A stretch of 64,000 nt of DNA from Mustelus asterias (taxonomy: Eukaryota): the NCBI RefSeq assembly GCF_964213995.1, contig NC_135801.1:37696001-37760000 (forward strand). The letters are read 5' to 3'. Positions 49,915-62,944 of the stretch are shown piece after piece (the stretch's first letter is position 1; every line of letters starts with the position of its first letter). The notes beneath the pieces are model-generated. The model saw nothing but the letters and a program-made list of their open reading frames with translations, made no database searches and was not told where the DNA came from. Made by a program: the position numbers and the translations under genes.

Positions 49915-52470
49915 GGAACATAAAGTGACTCAGTAAAGCAAACACAAGAGAGAAATTAATTGAACTAAAAACTGACAAATCCCCTGGAGCTGATGGCCCA
50001 CGTCCCATGGAGTTGAAAGAACTGGCTGAGGAGATAATGAATGCAATGTCTTTGATCTTCCAAAAATCCCTAAATTCAAGAATGGTTTCTGTGAATTGGA
50101 AGATAACACATGTAAACCCTCTTGTTTAAGGAAGGAGAAATTAGAGAACCATAGGTCAGTTAGCCTGACACCAGTAGCACAAAAAATGCGAGAACATGTT
50201 TTTAAGGATGTGGTAACAGAGCACCTTAAAAATTGTAGTATGATTAGGTAGAGTAAACAAATATTGAAAGAAATTCATGTTTGATAAATATGTTAGGCGT
50301 TTGATAAGGTCCCCCATGGTCGGCTTATGATGAAAGTGAGGAGGTGTGGGATAGAGGGAAAGTTGGCCGATTGGATAGGTAACTGGCTGTCTGATCGAAG
50401 ACAGAGGGTGGTGGTCGATGGAAAATTTTCAGATTGGAGGCAGGTTGCTAGCGGAGTGCCGCAGGGATCAGTGCTTGGTCCTCTGCTCTTTGTGATTTTT
50501 ATTAATGACTTAGAGGAGGGGGCTGAAGGGTGGATCAGTAAATTTGCTGATGACACCAAGATTGGTGGAGTAGTGGATGAGGTGGAGGGCTGTTGTAGGC
50601 TGCAAAGAGACATAGATAGGATGCAAAGCTGGGCTGAAAAATGGCAAATGGAGTTTAACCCTGATAAATGTGAGGTGATTCATTTTGGTAGGACTAATTT
50701 AAATGTGGATTACAGGGTCAAAGGTAGGCTTCTGAAGACTGTGGAGGAACAGAGAGATCTTGGGGTCCATATCCACAGATCTCTAAAGGTTGCCACTCAA
50801 GTGGATAGAGCTGTGAAGAAGGCCTATAGTGTGTTAGCTTTTATTAACAGGGGGGTTATGCTGCAACTGTACAGGACCTTGGTGAGACCACATTTGGAAT
50901 ATTGTGTGCAGTTCTGGTCACCTCACTATAAGAAGGATGTGGAAGCGCTGGAAAGAGTGCAGAGGAGATTTACCAGGATACTGCCTGGTTTGGAGGGTAG
51001 GTCTTATGAGGAAAGGTTGAGGGAGCTAGGGCTGTTCTCTCTGGAGCGGAGGAGGCTGAGGGGAGACTTAATAGAGGTTTATAAAATGATGAAGGGGATA
51101 GATAGAGTGAACGTTCAAAGACTATTTCTTCGGGTGGATGGAGCTATTACAAGGGGGCATAACTATAGGGTTTGTGGTGGGAGATACAGGAAGGATATCA
51201 GAGGTAGGTTCTTTACGCAGAGAGTGGTTGGGGTGTGGAATGGACTGCCTGCAGTGATAGTGGAGTCAGACACTTTAGGAACATTTAAGCGGTTATTGGA
51301 TAGGCGCATGGAGCACACCAGGATGATAGCTTGATCTTGGTTTCAGATAAAGCTCGGCACAACATCGTGGGCCGAAGGGCCTGTTCTGTGCTGTACTGTT
51401 CTATGTTCTATGTTAGGTTTTTATGGGTGTAACTAGTAGGAATGGTAAGAGAAAACGGTGGATGCAGTACATTTGGATTTTCAGAAGACAAATGGTAAAG
51501 TACTAAATAAGAGTTAGTGCTTATTGGACTGTCAGGTTGGTCAACTCTAATTAGTGGAGTACGAGAAGAATTGGTGCTTGGGCCTCAGCTATATACGATC
51601 TATATCAATGAATTATAGGGATCCAGCATAGTATATATGTATATATAATATATAATTTGTTGATAGTACAGACTCAGGTGGGAAAGAGCAGTAAGGAGGC
51701 AGTAGAGAGGCTGTGAAGGGACACACGACCAGTTAAGTGACTGGACAAGAAGGTGGCAGTTGGATTATGTGAGGAAGCGCAAAATTATCTACATTGGTTA
51801 GCAAGAATCAAAAGACATTATTTTTTCAAGTTGAAAATCCAGTAAACATTGTTATTCATTCCGGTCTGGGGATGTGCATGAATTACAAAGTTAACATGCA
51901 GATACAGTAAATAATTAGGAAGCCAAATGGTGTGTTAGTCTTTACTGCAACGAGTTTGCACTAAAGGGCAAGGGAGTCTTGCTGCAATTGTACACAGCTT
52001 TCTTGAAATGATATCTGGAATACTGTATCCAACTTTGGTCACTTTACCTCAAGAAAGATATTGTTGCCTGTGAGGGTGAGCAAGGAAGGGTGACTAGATT
52101 GATTCCTGGAACGAGAGAACTGTCTTAGGAGGAGAGCTTGAGTAGAATAGGCCTATATTCTGTGACATTTAGAAGAATGGGAGATGATCTCATTGTAATC
52201 TATAAAATTAAGTAAATTTGATAGGATAGATGTTGAAAGGCTGTTTCACCTGATCGGAGTGTCTAGAAAAAGGGGCAATTCCCTAGAGAGCTGTTGATGC
52301 TCAGTGCATGAATATACTTGAGGCAGACTGGATGATTTTGAACGCTAAGGTCCGCAAAGAATATATGGATAGGACAGGAAATTACGAGTTTTTGAAGAAG
52401 TTCACACATAATTTTAGCAAATGGTAGAGAAGGATCAATGGGCCTTCTGTTGTTCCCATTTCTTATGGTC
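49915..52470 (+). mobile_element. Old decayed CR1 hosting a young CR1
   Basis: ACAAATCCCCTGGAGCTGATGG, CAGTTAGCCTGACA upstream; host resumes after 51414 with GTACATTTGGATTTTCAGAAG. Confidence 0.75.
50296..51414 (+). mobile_element. Young 5'-truncated CR1 LINE (family C)
   Basis: ORF 50327-51334 nearly identical to 32864-33868; (TTCTATG)n tail; TATGTTAGG on both sides. Confidence 0.95.
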
Positions 52471-53245
52471 TTGTGGGATTTTTATCTCTACCTGAAAAGT
52501 AAGCAATGCCTGAACCAAAGGGTCAATTCAGCTTACTATTCTAATAAGCAGCTAAAGAAAGCGTTTTTAGTGCACAGTCATCAGCTGCAACTTAAGCACA
52601 CCAGTCTCTGAATCTTGACCATGTTCAACTCCTAGCCTGGCAGACAATGAACGTATCTACCATGATTTTGGTTCCCAGTGAAACCAATAGATGAAACATT
52701 GCATAAATCAGTATGTGAACTAAGTATTGATAGCACCCATCAAGTAGTACTCCAGTTTTGCTCAAGGGGAACATAAAGGAAAAAAATAGCGGGCAAAAAA
52801 TAAGCCTGGGAAAGAAAAAACAATTTAAATCTTTAACCTGTTCTATTTGCCACCAAAGTGAAATTTTAATTTGAAAATAAGGTATTACCTTAGATGGGCA
52901 TCTGGCAATGCTCAAGCAAAACGCTACCTAAACTACAATATCAGATGGCTGAAAATCAATATTCCACTCATTTTTCCAGAATGACCAATACTTCACAAAT
53001 AAAGGAAAAGCACTGGCTTGCGTTCAGAAGAACATATTGAGTGCTTCTGTATCATATAAATCCTTATTAGGAACTATTTCTAAAGATCATCTCAAACATA
53101 TTGCCTGCAAAAGGGTCAAATTTTACAAGGTTGTGTTTCTCTTATTTAAAAGAAAGAAAATTTTAAGTCAGTGCTTTCCGTTGATAATTAACCACGATCA
53201 AAAATTTCAAACAACATTTTGTCCCTTCCATATCATCAGTTTTAG

Positions 53246-53625
53246 GGAGATGGTGATGTGGTAGTAGTGTCACTAAACTAATATTCCAGAGTCTCAGGGG
53301 ACACGGGTTTGAATTCCACCATGGTAGCTTGTGGAATCTGAATTCAATAAATACAATCTGGATTATAAAGCTAGTGTCGATAATGGTGACCTTGAAACCA
53401 TCACTGATTGTTTGAAGAACTTATCTGGTTCACTAATATCTTGTAGGGCAGGAAATCTGCCACCCTTACTTGGTCTGGCCTATATGCAAGTCCAGGCTCA
53501 CAATATATGGTTAACTTTTAACTGCTCTCTGAATTGGTCGAGCAAGCCACTCAAAAGCAATCAGAGATGGGCAACAAATGCAGGCTTTTCCAGCAACGCC
53601 CACGTCCCATAAAAGAATAAAAAGA
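53246..53625 (+). mobile_element. tRNA-derived SINE with family-B LINE tail
   Basis: B box GGTTTGAATTCC; 3' GATGGGCAACAAATGCAGGC...CGCCCACGTCCCATAAAAGAATAAAA matches the family-B LINE terminus. Confidence 0.75.
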
Positions 53626-53905
53626 TTTTCCAAGCTTTCCTAATGCAATTAAATCCATAGATAAACTTTTCTTTCTTTTAAGGATCTTGCTGAATAGTGT
53701 TCAGGACAATCAACAAGTATAGGTTATCCTAAACATCACACATAACTACTTGAAACAGTTCAAATGGCAAACTAAAAATGGAAACATCAGTATCCATGGT
53801 CACAGTCAGATTTAATTTCTAATCTCCTGATAAAGCTGATGGTCAAGTATACATAAAATTATAACAAGATTCAACTATCTTTTGTGAAGGGTTATATATT
53901 CTCAC

Positions 53906-54061
53906 CATTTTCTTGTTGTTTGGTAGAGCAATCTATCCAGTTGTGTTGGTTTGCTGCCCATATCATCTCAAACTGATGGAACATTACTTTCAATTTCCAA
54001 GTGTATGGAACAAATGAGTAGATGTCAGGGGCATTATCACTTGCCCAATCCTGTATTAAAT
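53906..54061 (-). CDS. BLTP1: BLTP1/KIAA1109 coding exon, first seen in window (DLIQDWASDNAPDIYSFVPYTWKLKVMFHQFEMIWAANQHNWIDCSTKQQEN)
   Basis: Translation matches vertebrate KIAA1109 as I recall it (DLIQDWSSDSPPDIFSFVPYTW...WAANQHNWIDCSTKQQEN). Acceptor ttttcaaag|AT, donor AATG|gtgaga; 156 nt, phase 1-1. Confidence 0.95.
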
Positions 54062-55350
54062 CTTTGAAAACAGAAATACACAAGAGTCACATATAGTTGT
54101 AAGATATTTAAAATGTTAACAATTGCTCAAGAAAACCCTGAACTTCTTTCAAACATACCTGGGAGCCTACAACTCTAACCAATTGCAATCCCTGAGATTT
54201 AATTTAAAGGACTATCAATTTTTAAAACTGTGTTTGAAAATCTGAGAGATAGTTTATTCTGATGACACTGCAAGGCATCCCAGAAAAGCCCTGTGGTGAA
54301 AAGCTGCAAGTGAAGGATACAAAATGGAGAGAAGATACGAGTAATGGAATACAAGCGAAGAAAATGGTCTCTCAATTTCAATTGGATACACTTAGAAATG
54401 ATCCATCAGCAGGAATGTAATTGAGGTGGATGCTCTCGTCCAGAAAGTCAATTGGTGAAGATAATCTTGACGCACTTGTATATTTATTCACAGATTTACA
54501 CATTACAAACTAATACCTCCTAACCCAATGACGGCAATTTTAGCATATCTCTTAATAGCAGCTCAAATGAATCTCCAGCTAACGCCCAACACTTGCATAC
54601 AATGAAAACGCAATTAACAGTTTACAAGTCCAGAGTACTAATCAGTAACCATATATTAAGATGCTGTCAGTTCTAAAAAATAGTTAAAACTCTTGATATG
54701 AACAAATTTGAAGAGTTGCATCTCAAAACTTATTGCTTTTTAGAAATGTGTTTGCAGTTATGTTGCAACGTCACTCATATCATTCCTGCCAAAATAATTC
54801 TGTTATACAAATTTGTATCTCTTTTTTTTAAATTAAGCATTGCACTATACTATTGAGAAAGATCCTGATTGATTAGAGGGTATCCAAGGACATTAAAAAC
54901 AAGGAAGATAATTTTAAAATTGAGGCATTGCTTAAGTAGGAACAAATGTAATTACCAAACACAGGGGTGACATGTGAACAGGATTTGGAGATGAGCAAAA
55001 ACAAGGGCTGGATGACCTTAGGTTTTCACACAAGGTCAGATCTGGGACTTCAGCAAGGAGTCATTGAACAGTCAAGTCCAGAGGTAACAAAAACACACAA
55101 GATTTTAGCAAAATTGGGTGATATCATGGAGGTGAAAATAGGCAGTCTTAGTGATATGCGAACATTTGATCAAATGCTCAGTTTCAAGTCAAAGATGACA
55201 CCAACGTTGCAAATGTCTGGTTTAGCCTAAGATGCCTGGGAAAAGAATGGAGCCAGCGAGGGAACGGAGTATGTAGCAATAACAGAAGACAACATCTTTG
55301 CTCCTCCACTATTAAATGAGGAAATGTCTGCTTATCCAGTACTGAATGTC

Positions 55351-55650
55351 TAAGTTTAAGTTTTATTTATTAATGTTACAAGTAGATGTACATTAACACT
55401 GCAATGAAATTACTGTGAAACCCCCCTAGCCGCCATACTCTAGTGCCTGTTCGGGTACACTTGAGGGAGAATTTAGCATGGCCAATGCACCTAATCAGCA
55501 CATCTTTCGGACTGTGGGAGGAAACCGGGGCACTTGGAGGAAAATCACGCAAACACGGAGAGAATGTGCAGACTCTACACAGACAGTCACCCAAGCCAGA
55601 AATTGAACCCTGGCGCTGTGAGGCAGCGGTGCTAACCACTGTGCCATCGC
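55351..55650 (-). mobile_element. V-SINE variant with alternative tail, within decayed L2-like sequence (~54880-56580)
   Basis: Same organisation as 46083-46358. Confidence 0.85.
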
Positions 55651-55784
55651 AAGCAGCCTAATAATATAGAGTTGAAAGAGGTGTTGGTGAGGTAGAGCTG
55701 GGTTTCAGTACCATATGTGAAAACTAATGGTTTTTCTTTAGGTGGTATCGCTGATAGGAGCAATTAGATTGAACATTCTTGAGT

Positions 55785-56200
55785 TCTAGACATTGGCAAA
55801 GCCAGTATTTATTGCACATCTCTAATTGCCCTAATTGATTGCCCAAGTCAGCGTGATGTGAGACTTGGAAGGAAACTTGCAGGTAGTGTTGTTCCAAGGC
55901 ATCTGCTGCACTTATCCTTCTAGGTGGTAGAGGTCACAGAATTATCTGCTGTTATCAAAGGAGCATTGGTGAGTGGCTGCAGTGCATCTTCTAAAGGGTA
56001 CACCCTGCTGCCAGTGTGCATTAGTGGTGGAGGAAGTGAATGTTTAACGTGATGGATCAGGGGCTAATTAAGCGAGCTGCTTAGTCCTAGATGGTGTTGG
56101 CTTTGTGAGTGTTGGAGCTCCACTTATCCAGGCAATTGGACAGAATTCCACATCACACTCTTGACTTTTGCTCTATGGATAGTGGTCAGGATTTGGGGAG
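55785..56200 (-). mobile_element. Decayed family-B LINE 3' end
   Basis: GCCAGTATTTATTGCACATCTCTAATTGCCC and CTAGGTGGTAGAGGTCAC shared with 14885 and 39260. Confidence 0.7.
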
Positions 56201-57529
56201 TAGGGAAGGGAGAATAAAGAAGAGATCTTAGAGGGACACTTGAGAAAACAATCCAAAAGTGGGAAGAAAAGTTATCACAAGAGATACACCAGCTACAATT
56301 AAATGAGAATCAAACCAAGTGTGTGAGATCCACTCAGCTAGAAAACAGTGGATGGGGGAAGAGGAGAATGGCAAGATCGACCACGTCAAAAGCTGCAGGA
56401 CAGACCATTGACAAGGAAGGATAGTTTACTTTTCAGACAGTCACATAGGATATAATTTATGGCATTGATAAAGAGTGATTTCAATATTGTGGTAACAGCA
56501 AAAACTTGTTCTAACATGGAGTTCTGGGAAAGGAAAACACAGATTTGGGACAACACATTCAAAAACTTTAATCTGTCTGGAAATATACGCACGTAATAAA
56601 ATTAAAGAGGCCAGCCACTGTGGTCAGACGTGTTCTGCTTGATCATAGATAACAAATGAAAATGTTTATATTCAAAAATTGTCTGCACTACAGGGTGAAC
56701 ATTGATTCTTTTGCCAGCTTTTAGTTATTGACAGGAAGAGATACTGACCAAGCAGCCTTTCCTGCCTGGTTCCCACATGCCCAGTGGCACTTTTACCATG
56801 AAGCAGTTTTCCACATTGTCCAGAGAAATGGCTAAGTAACACTGATAAAGAACAGCACTAAATATTTTCATAATGGAGGCACTGGAAGAGGAAGCTGCAG
56901 TTACTGTTTAAAAAAAATTAACAAAGGCTCAACCGCTTGTTTCATCTGCTTAAAAGATGAAGGTGATTCATTTCCTGATTTAATTAATAACATAGCATTG
57001 ATCCTTTGATGTGAAAGGCTAGTTACCTTCCATTATACATCTTTTTATACAATCAACAGACATTCAAAACAGCGAGACTTTCAGGAATATGCAGCAATCA
57101 ATTTGTCACATTGATGCTGTTTCCGATTGCTATTTGCATATATGTATTAAGCTGCTGAGATGGTTTAGGGACTTCTACATCAAGCAGTTCATATAATTGT
57201 TGGTTGAGTTAAAAGCAGGTGGTTAATCAGAATTAAAGCAAGATAAAAGCACTGTTTCCATCCTGTGACAAATAAAGAAATATCTTTATTTCAGATAATT
57301 TTCAGCATAGCTAAAATGAAAGTCGTCCTTCTTCAGCAAATTCAACTTAGAAGGCTTTAAATTGGTGCGTCAAATCGCTATAGCCTCTGGACTCAAGCTG
57401 ATCAATTTCTTGGAGGTTTGAGAAAAACCATCATGTTCACTATACATTAACTTCATTTCAAGCCAATCAAAGGTGTGATTTCAATTAATGTCAAGTAGCA
57501 AACATGTAATGGAAAAACACGTGGAAACG

Positions 57530-59680
57530 GTTTACTGCAAATAGAGTAGCCAGCACACATTTTGAAAGGGCAGGTTATTTATTTCTTATTTAATTCTTTG
57601 AAGAATTAACAGAAAGGTCAAACAAGTAAATTCATGACCAAGCTCAGGATATGTTGAGCCAGGGGCAATAGCTGGCTACAAAATAAAAAATAAAAAATAG
57701 AGGGTCAGAGGTAGCTTTTCAGACTGGCACAATGCAGGAAGTGGTGTTCCATAAGAATTGGTTCCGGGGTCACTGTTGCTCACCAATTATCTATTTACAT
57801 AAAAGATTTGGAATTGGAAATTGGAAGTATCATTTCAAAATTTGGGGGTGACATTAAATTGGGCAGGTAGCTAATACAGAGAAGGTGTACATAAAATACA
57901 GAAAACATTAACAAAGTCACAGAATGGATATATAATTGACAAATGAAATAAGTATAAGGATCTGTGAAGTAGTGGTTTTGATAGGAAGAGCAAAGAGGGC
58001 ACATACTCCTCAGAAGAAACAAAAATCACTAATAATAGCAACATAAGTTAATAAGATTGTTAAGTAGTTAATAAAGCACTTAGTATCCGAGGCTTTATTA
58101 ATAGTAGCATAGAGCACAAGATCAAGGAGGTTATGCTGAACTTGTACAGAACATGAGTTAAGCCTCAGCTGGAGTACTACATCCTGCTCTGGGTGCCGCA
58201 CAAAATGCAAATGCATCGGAGAGTGCGCAGAAAAGATTCACGTGAATGGTTCGAGGGGTGAGGAACTTCAGTTATGAAAATAGTTTGGAGAGGTTGGGAC
58301 TCATTTCCTTTGAGAAAACAGAGGAGATTTGATAGAGGTATTCAAAATCATGAGGGCCTGGATAAAGTAGATAGGGAGAAACTCTTCCACTCATAGAAAG
58401 ATTCAGAAGTGAGGGCACAGATTTAAAATAATTGACAAACAAAGCAAAAGTGACACAAGAAAAGGGTTTTCAACGAGTGATTAAGGGATGGAATATGCTG
58501 TCTGAGAGTGTGGTGGAGACAGGTTCAACCGAGGCATTCAAAAGGGAATTAGGCTGTCATCTGAAAAAGAAAAATGTGCAAAGTTACAGGAAAAAGGTGG
58601 GGCACTGACATTAGGTGAGTTGCTCATTTGAAAATCTGGTGTAGACACATGTACATTACGTCAAACACAATATTTTCGCCAACCATCTCTGTTACCTCAT
58701 CAAAAACTCAAATTGGTAAATACGATTTTCCCTTAACAAATTCATTCTAGTTTACTTTAATTAATTCACATTTGATGAAGTAACTGCTAATTTTGTCCTG
58801 GATTATCATTATTAAAAGTTTTCCCACCACAGATGTTAAACTGACTGGCCTGTAGTTGCTGGGCTTACGCTTACACCATTTTTTAAGCAAGGGTGTAACA
58901 TTCTGAATTCGCAAATCTGCTGGCATCATCCCTATAACTAAGGAGATTAGAAGAGTATGATCAGTGTCTCGCAATTCTCATCCTTACTTGCCTCAATATC
59001 CTCAAGATTCATCTCATCTGGTCCAGGTGCGAGGCAGCCTATCAAGTATCTCCTCAACGCATCATTCAACCCCAGGTACTACCAGCCATTCCAATATATG
59101 CTCTTCAACAATTTTTAACCCAGTGTCTCAACTACTTCCTCTTTCACTAAGAGCTTTGATTGGACCACACTTGCGCTCTAGTTTCCATATTATAAAAAGA
59201 TACAGGAACACTGTAGAAAGTGCAAAAAGGGTACTATAATGATAACAGAACTGAGAGATTATGCTTAACAGGAAAGACTGAACAGCCTGGCACTCTTGAT
59301 TTTAGAAAAGAGGGATGACCTGATTGAGGTTTAAGATAATGAAAAGATCTGATAGAATAGGCACAAAAATGTTTCTATCGGTGGGGTAATCCTGAACTAA
59401 GTGTCATAAATGTAAGTTAATTTTAAATACATTTAATATCAACTTCAAGAGAAATGTATTTGCCAGAGTGGCTACAATGTGGAACTACCTAAGAAGTGGT
59501 TGAGACTACTAGCATTGATTTGTTTAGGGGAAGCTAAAATAAACACATGAAGGAGAAAATAACAGATGGTTACGTTGAAGGGGTTAGAGGAGATGGGGCA
59601 GGACAAGGCTTGTGTGGAGCCTAAACACCAGCATGAAGTTTTTGGACCAAATGGTCTCTTTCTGTGCTACAAATACTATG
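57530..59680. mobile_element. Cluster of decayed CR1 fragments (+ ~57530-58650, - ~58660-59150, + ~59150-59680)
   Basis: AAGCCTCAGCTGGAGTAC on plus; NVTPLLKK...PSNYRPVSLTSVVGKLL on minus; CR1 3' UTR near 59640. Confidence 0.75.
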
Positions 59681-60669
59681 CAATACCTAGAGATTACTAC
59701 CCTATTTCAAATGGTGCATGAGTTGATTGAAAAGGCTGGTTAAAAAAAAAAAGAGAAGTCCAATAGCATAAATCACGGCACAGATTGTTCTTTTTTGTTC
59801 TAACAAGAGATCTGAATGCTCTGGGTGTATTCAAAATTTGCACCTTCGACGTATAACATCACGTCATGAAGAGCCACAAAAGAATTTTAGGCAAAAGTCC
59901 TGCTGCTTATCAAGCTGCAAGAAGTACTTTCTCAAATGGGAATTTTAACCTCTTGTGGAGCAATTTTATTTTTATTGTTAAGTACTATACTCTCAGCATC
60001 TTACTGTTTCAATGTATTATTCAACATATGAATTCGTTAGTTTTAACTTGTATGCCTTAGTATTTTGTGCTGTACAAAAGAACCCAAAGTACATGATGAG
60101 CATCATGTGTGATGTCCAGTGTTTGATAGAACGATTAGAGTGGTGAACTACAGATTTCTTAACCTTTGATAAGCATGGATAATTTTACATTCCAGGGTCA
60201 AGTTAAAATACAAAAGATAACCAAAAGGGATGGGTGAACAGTGCAAACCACTTGATAGAAATTATAGTGTCTGCTTAACCAAGGAATCAGGCTATTTTGG
60301 TAAATATTAGTTAAAATTTAAAGAGTGAATTTACACGGGGTGCTTTAATCAGCAGCTGTATATTTTGCAGAAATTCTGCAGTAATGTGAGAGATGGTTCC
60401 TTTATAAATACTGATCAAAACAAAGTATATGCACAAATTAATTCTTCACATCTGTCTACAAATAAAGGCTGTAGGCAATTCCCAAACTTGGACTGACTTA
60501 GGAATGCAACGCGTGGAGGTTAATAAACCATACAGCATGAAAAAATTCAAAACAATGACTTGAGCAAATGGTGCGCAAAGGAGTGTCAACAAAGTGAACA
60601 AGGAAATAAACATGGTTTTCTTGATACATTTTAAATAGTTAAATGAGCTACATAAATACAGAAATTGTA

Positions 60670-62869
60670 ATCATAGAGTCATAGAGGTTTACAGCATGGA
60701 AACAGGTCGTTCGGCCCAACTTGTCCATGCCGCCCTTTTTTTTAGAAACCCGTAAGCTAATCCCAATTGCCCACATTTGGTCCATATCCCTCTATACCCA
60801 TCGTACCCATGTAACTATCTAAGTGCTTTTTAAAAGATAAAATTGTACCCACCTCTACTACCACCTCTGGCAGCTTGTTCCAGACACTCACCACCCTCTG
60901 TGTGGAAAAATTTGCCCCTCTGGACACTTTTGTATCTCTCCCCTCTCACCTTAAACCTATGCCCTCTAGTTTTGGACTCCCCTACCTTTGGGAAAAGATA
61001 TTGATTATCTACCTTGTCTATGCCCCTCATTATTTTACAGACCTCTATAAGATCACCCCTCAGCCTCCTACGCTCCAGAGAAGAAAGTCCCAGTCTATTC
61101 AGCCTTTCCTTATAACTCAATCCACCAAATCCCAGTAGCATCCTAGTAAATCTTTTCTGTACTCTTTCTAGTTTAATAATATCCTTTCTATAACAGGGTG
61201 ACCAGAATTGCACACAGTATTCCAAGTGTGGCCTTACCAATGTCTTGCACAACTTCAACAAGACGTCCCAACTCTTGTATTCAATGTTCTGACCAATGAA
61301 ACCAAGCATGCCGAATGCCTTCCTCATCACTCTGTCCACCTGTGACTCCACTTTCAAGGAGCTATGAACATGTACCCCGAGATCTCTTTGTTCTGTAACT
61401 CTCCCCAACGCCCTACCATTAACTGAGTAAGTCCTGCCCTGGTTCAATCTACCAAAATGCATCACCTTGCATTTGTCTAAATTAAACTCCATCTGCCATT
61501 CGTCAGCCCACTGGCCCAATTGATCAAGATCCCGTTGCAATTGGAGATAACTCTCTTCACTGTCCACTATGCCACCAATCTTAGTGTCATCTGCAAACTT
61601 ACTAACCATGCCCCCTATATTCTCATCCAAATCACTGTTCTATCAAAGGTAGGGTTCTGAAGACTGTGGAGGAACAGAGAGATCTTGGGGTTCATATCCA
61701 CAGATCTCGAAAGGTTGCCACTCAAGTGGATAGAGCTGTGAAGAAGGCCTATAGTGTGTTAGCTTTTATTAACAGGGGGTTGGAGCTTAAGAGCCGTGGG
61801 GTTATGCTGCAACTGTACAGGACCTTGGTGAGACCACATTTGGAATATTGTGTGTAGTTCTGGTCACCTCACTATAAGAAGGATGTGGAAGCGCTGGAAA
61901 GAGTGCAGAGGAGATTTACCAGGATGCTGCCTGGTTTGGAGGGTAGGTGTTATGAGGAAAGGTTGAGGGAGCTAGGGCTGTTCTCTCTGGAGCGGAGGAG
62001 GCTGAGGGGAGACTTAATAGAGGTTTATAAAATGATGAAGGGGATAGATAGAGTGAACGTTCAAAGACTATTTCCTCGGGTGGATGGAGCTATTACAAGG
62101 GGGCATAACTATAGGTGGGAGATAGCGTGGTGGGAGATACAGGAAGGATATCAGAGGTAGGTTCTTTACGCAGAGAGTGGTTGGGGTGTGGAATGGACTG
62201 CCTGCAGTGATAGTGGAGTCAAACACTTTAGGAACATTTAAGCAGTTATTGGATAGGCACATGGAGCACACCAGGATGATAGGGAGTGGGATAGTTTGAT
62301 TTTGGTTTCAGATAAAGCTCGGCACAACATCGTGTGCCTCAGGGAACAGTGGGCCCAGCACTGATCCCTGAGGCACACCGGTGATCACAGGCCTCCAGTT
62401 TGAAAAACAACTCTCTACAACCATCCTCTGGCTTCTGTTAAGAAGCCAATTTTGTATCCATTTAGATACCTCACCCTGGATCCCGTGAAATTTAACTTTA
62501 TGCAACAACCTACCATGCGGTACCTTGTCAAAGGCCTTGCTAAAGTCCATGTAGACAACATCAACTGCACTGCCCTCATCTACCTTCTTGGTTACCTCCT
62601 CAAAAAACTCAATTAAATTTGAGACACATGATTTTCCACTCACAAAGCCATGCTGACTGTCCCTAATCAGTCCTTGCATCTCTAAATGCCTGTAGATCCT
62701 GTCTCTCAAAATACCTTCCAACAATTTACCCACCACAGATGTGAGGCTCACTGGCCTGTAGTTCCCAGGCTTTTCCCTGCAGCCCTTTTTAAACAAAGGC
62801 ACAACATTTGCCACTCTCCAATCTTCAGGCACCTCACCCGTGACTATCGATGATTCAAATATCGATGCT
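60670..62869 (-). mobile_element. Fairly young CR1 LINE (family D) split into 60670-61634 and 62346-62869
   Basis: 62346-62869 encodes PEDWRVANV...NYRPVSLTS...DFSKAFDKVPH...GVPQGSVLGP; 60830-61630 continues DENIGGMVSKFADDTK; (CTCTATGA)n tail. Confidence 0.92.
61634..62334 (+). mobile_element. CR1 family C fragment inserted antisense into family D, lacking its normal 3' end
   Basis: Near-identical to 50718-51369; one stop (TAG at 61855-61857) and one indel near 62115; ends at AACATCGTG. Confidence 0.92.
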
Positions 62870-62944
62870 GACAAACATTGCATTCCTCCTGGGCCTTTAT
62901 TATAAGCGAGTTTGAATACAGGAGTGAAGAGGTTCTTATGCAAG

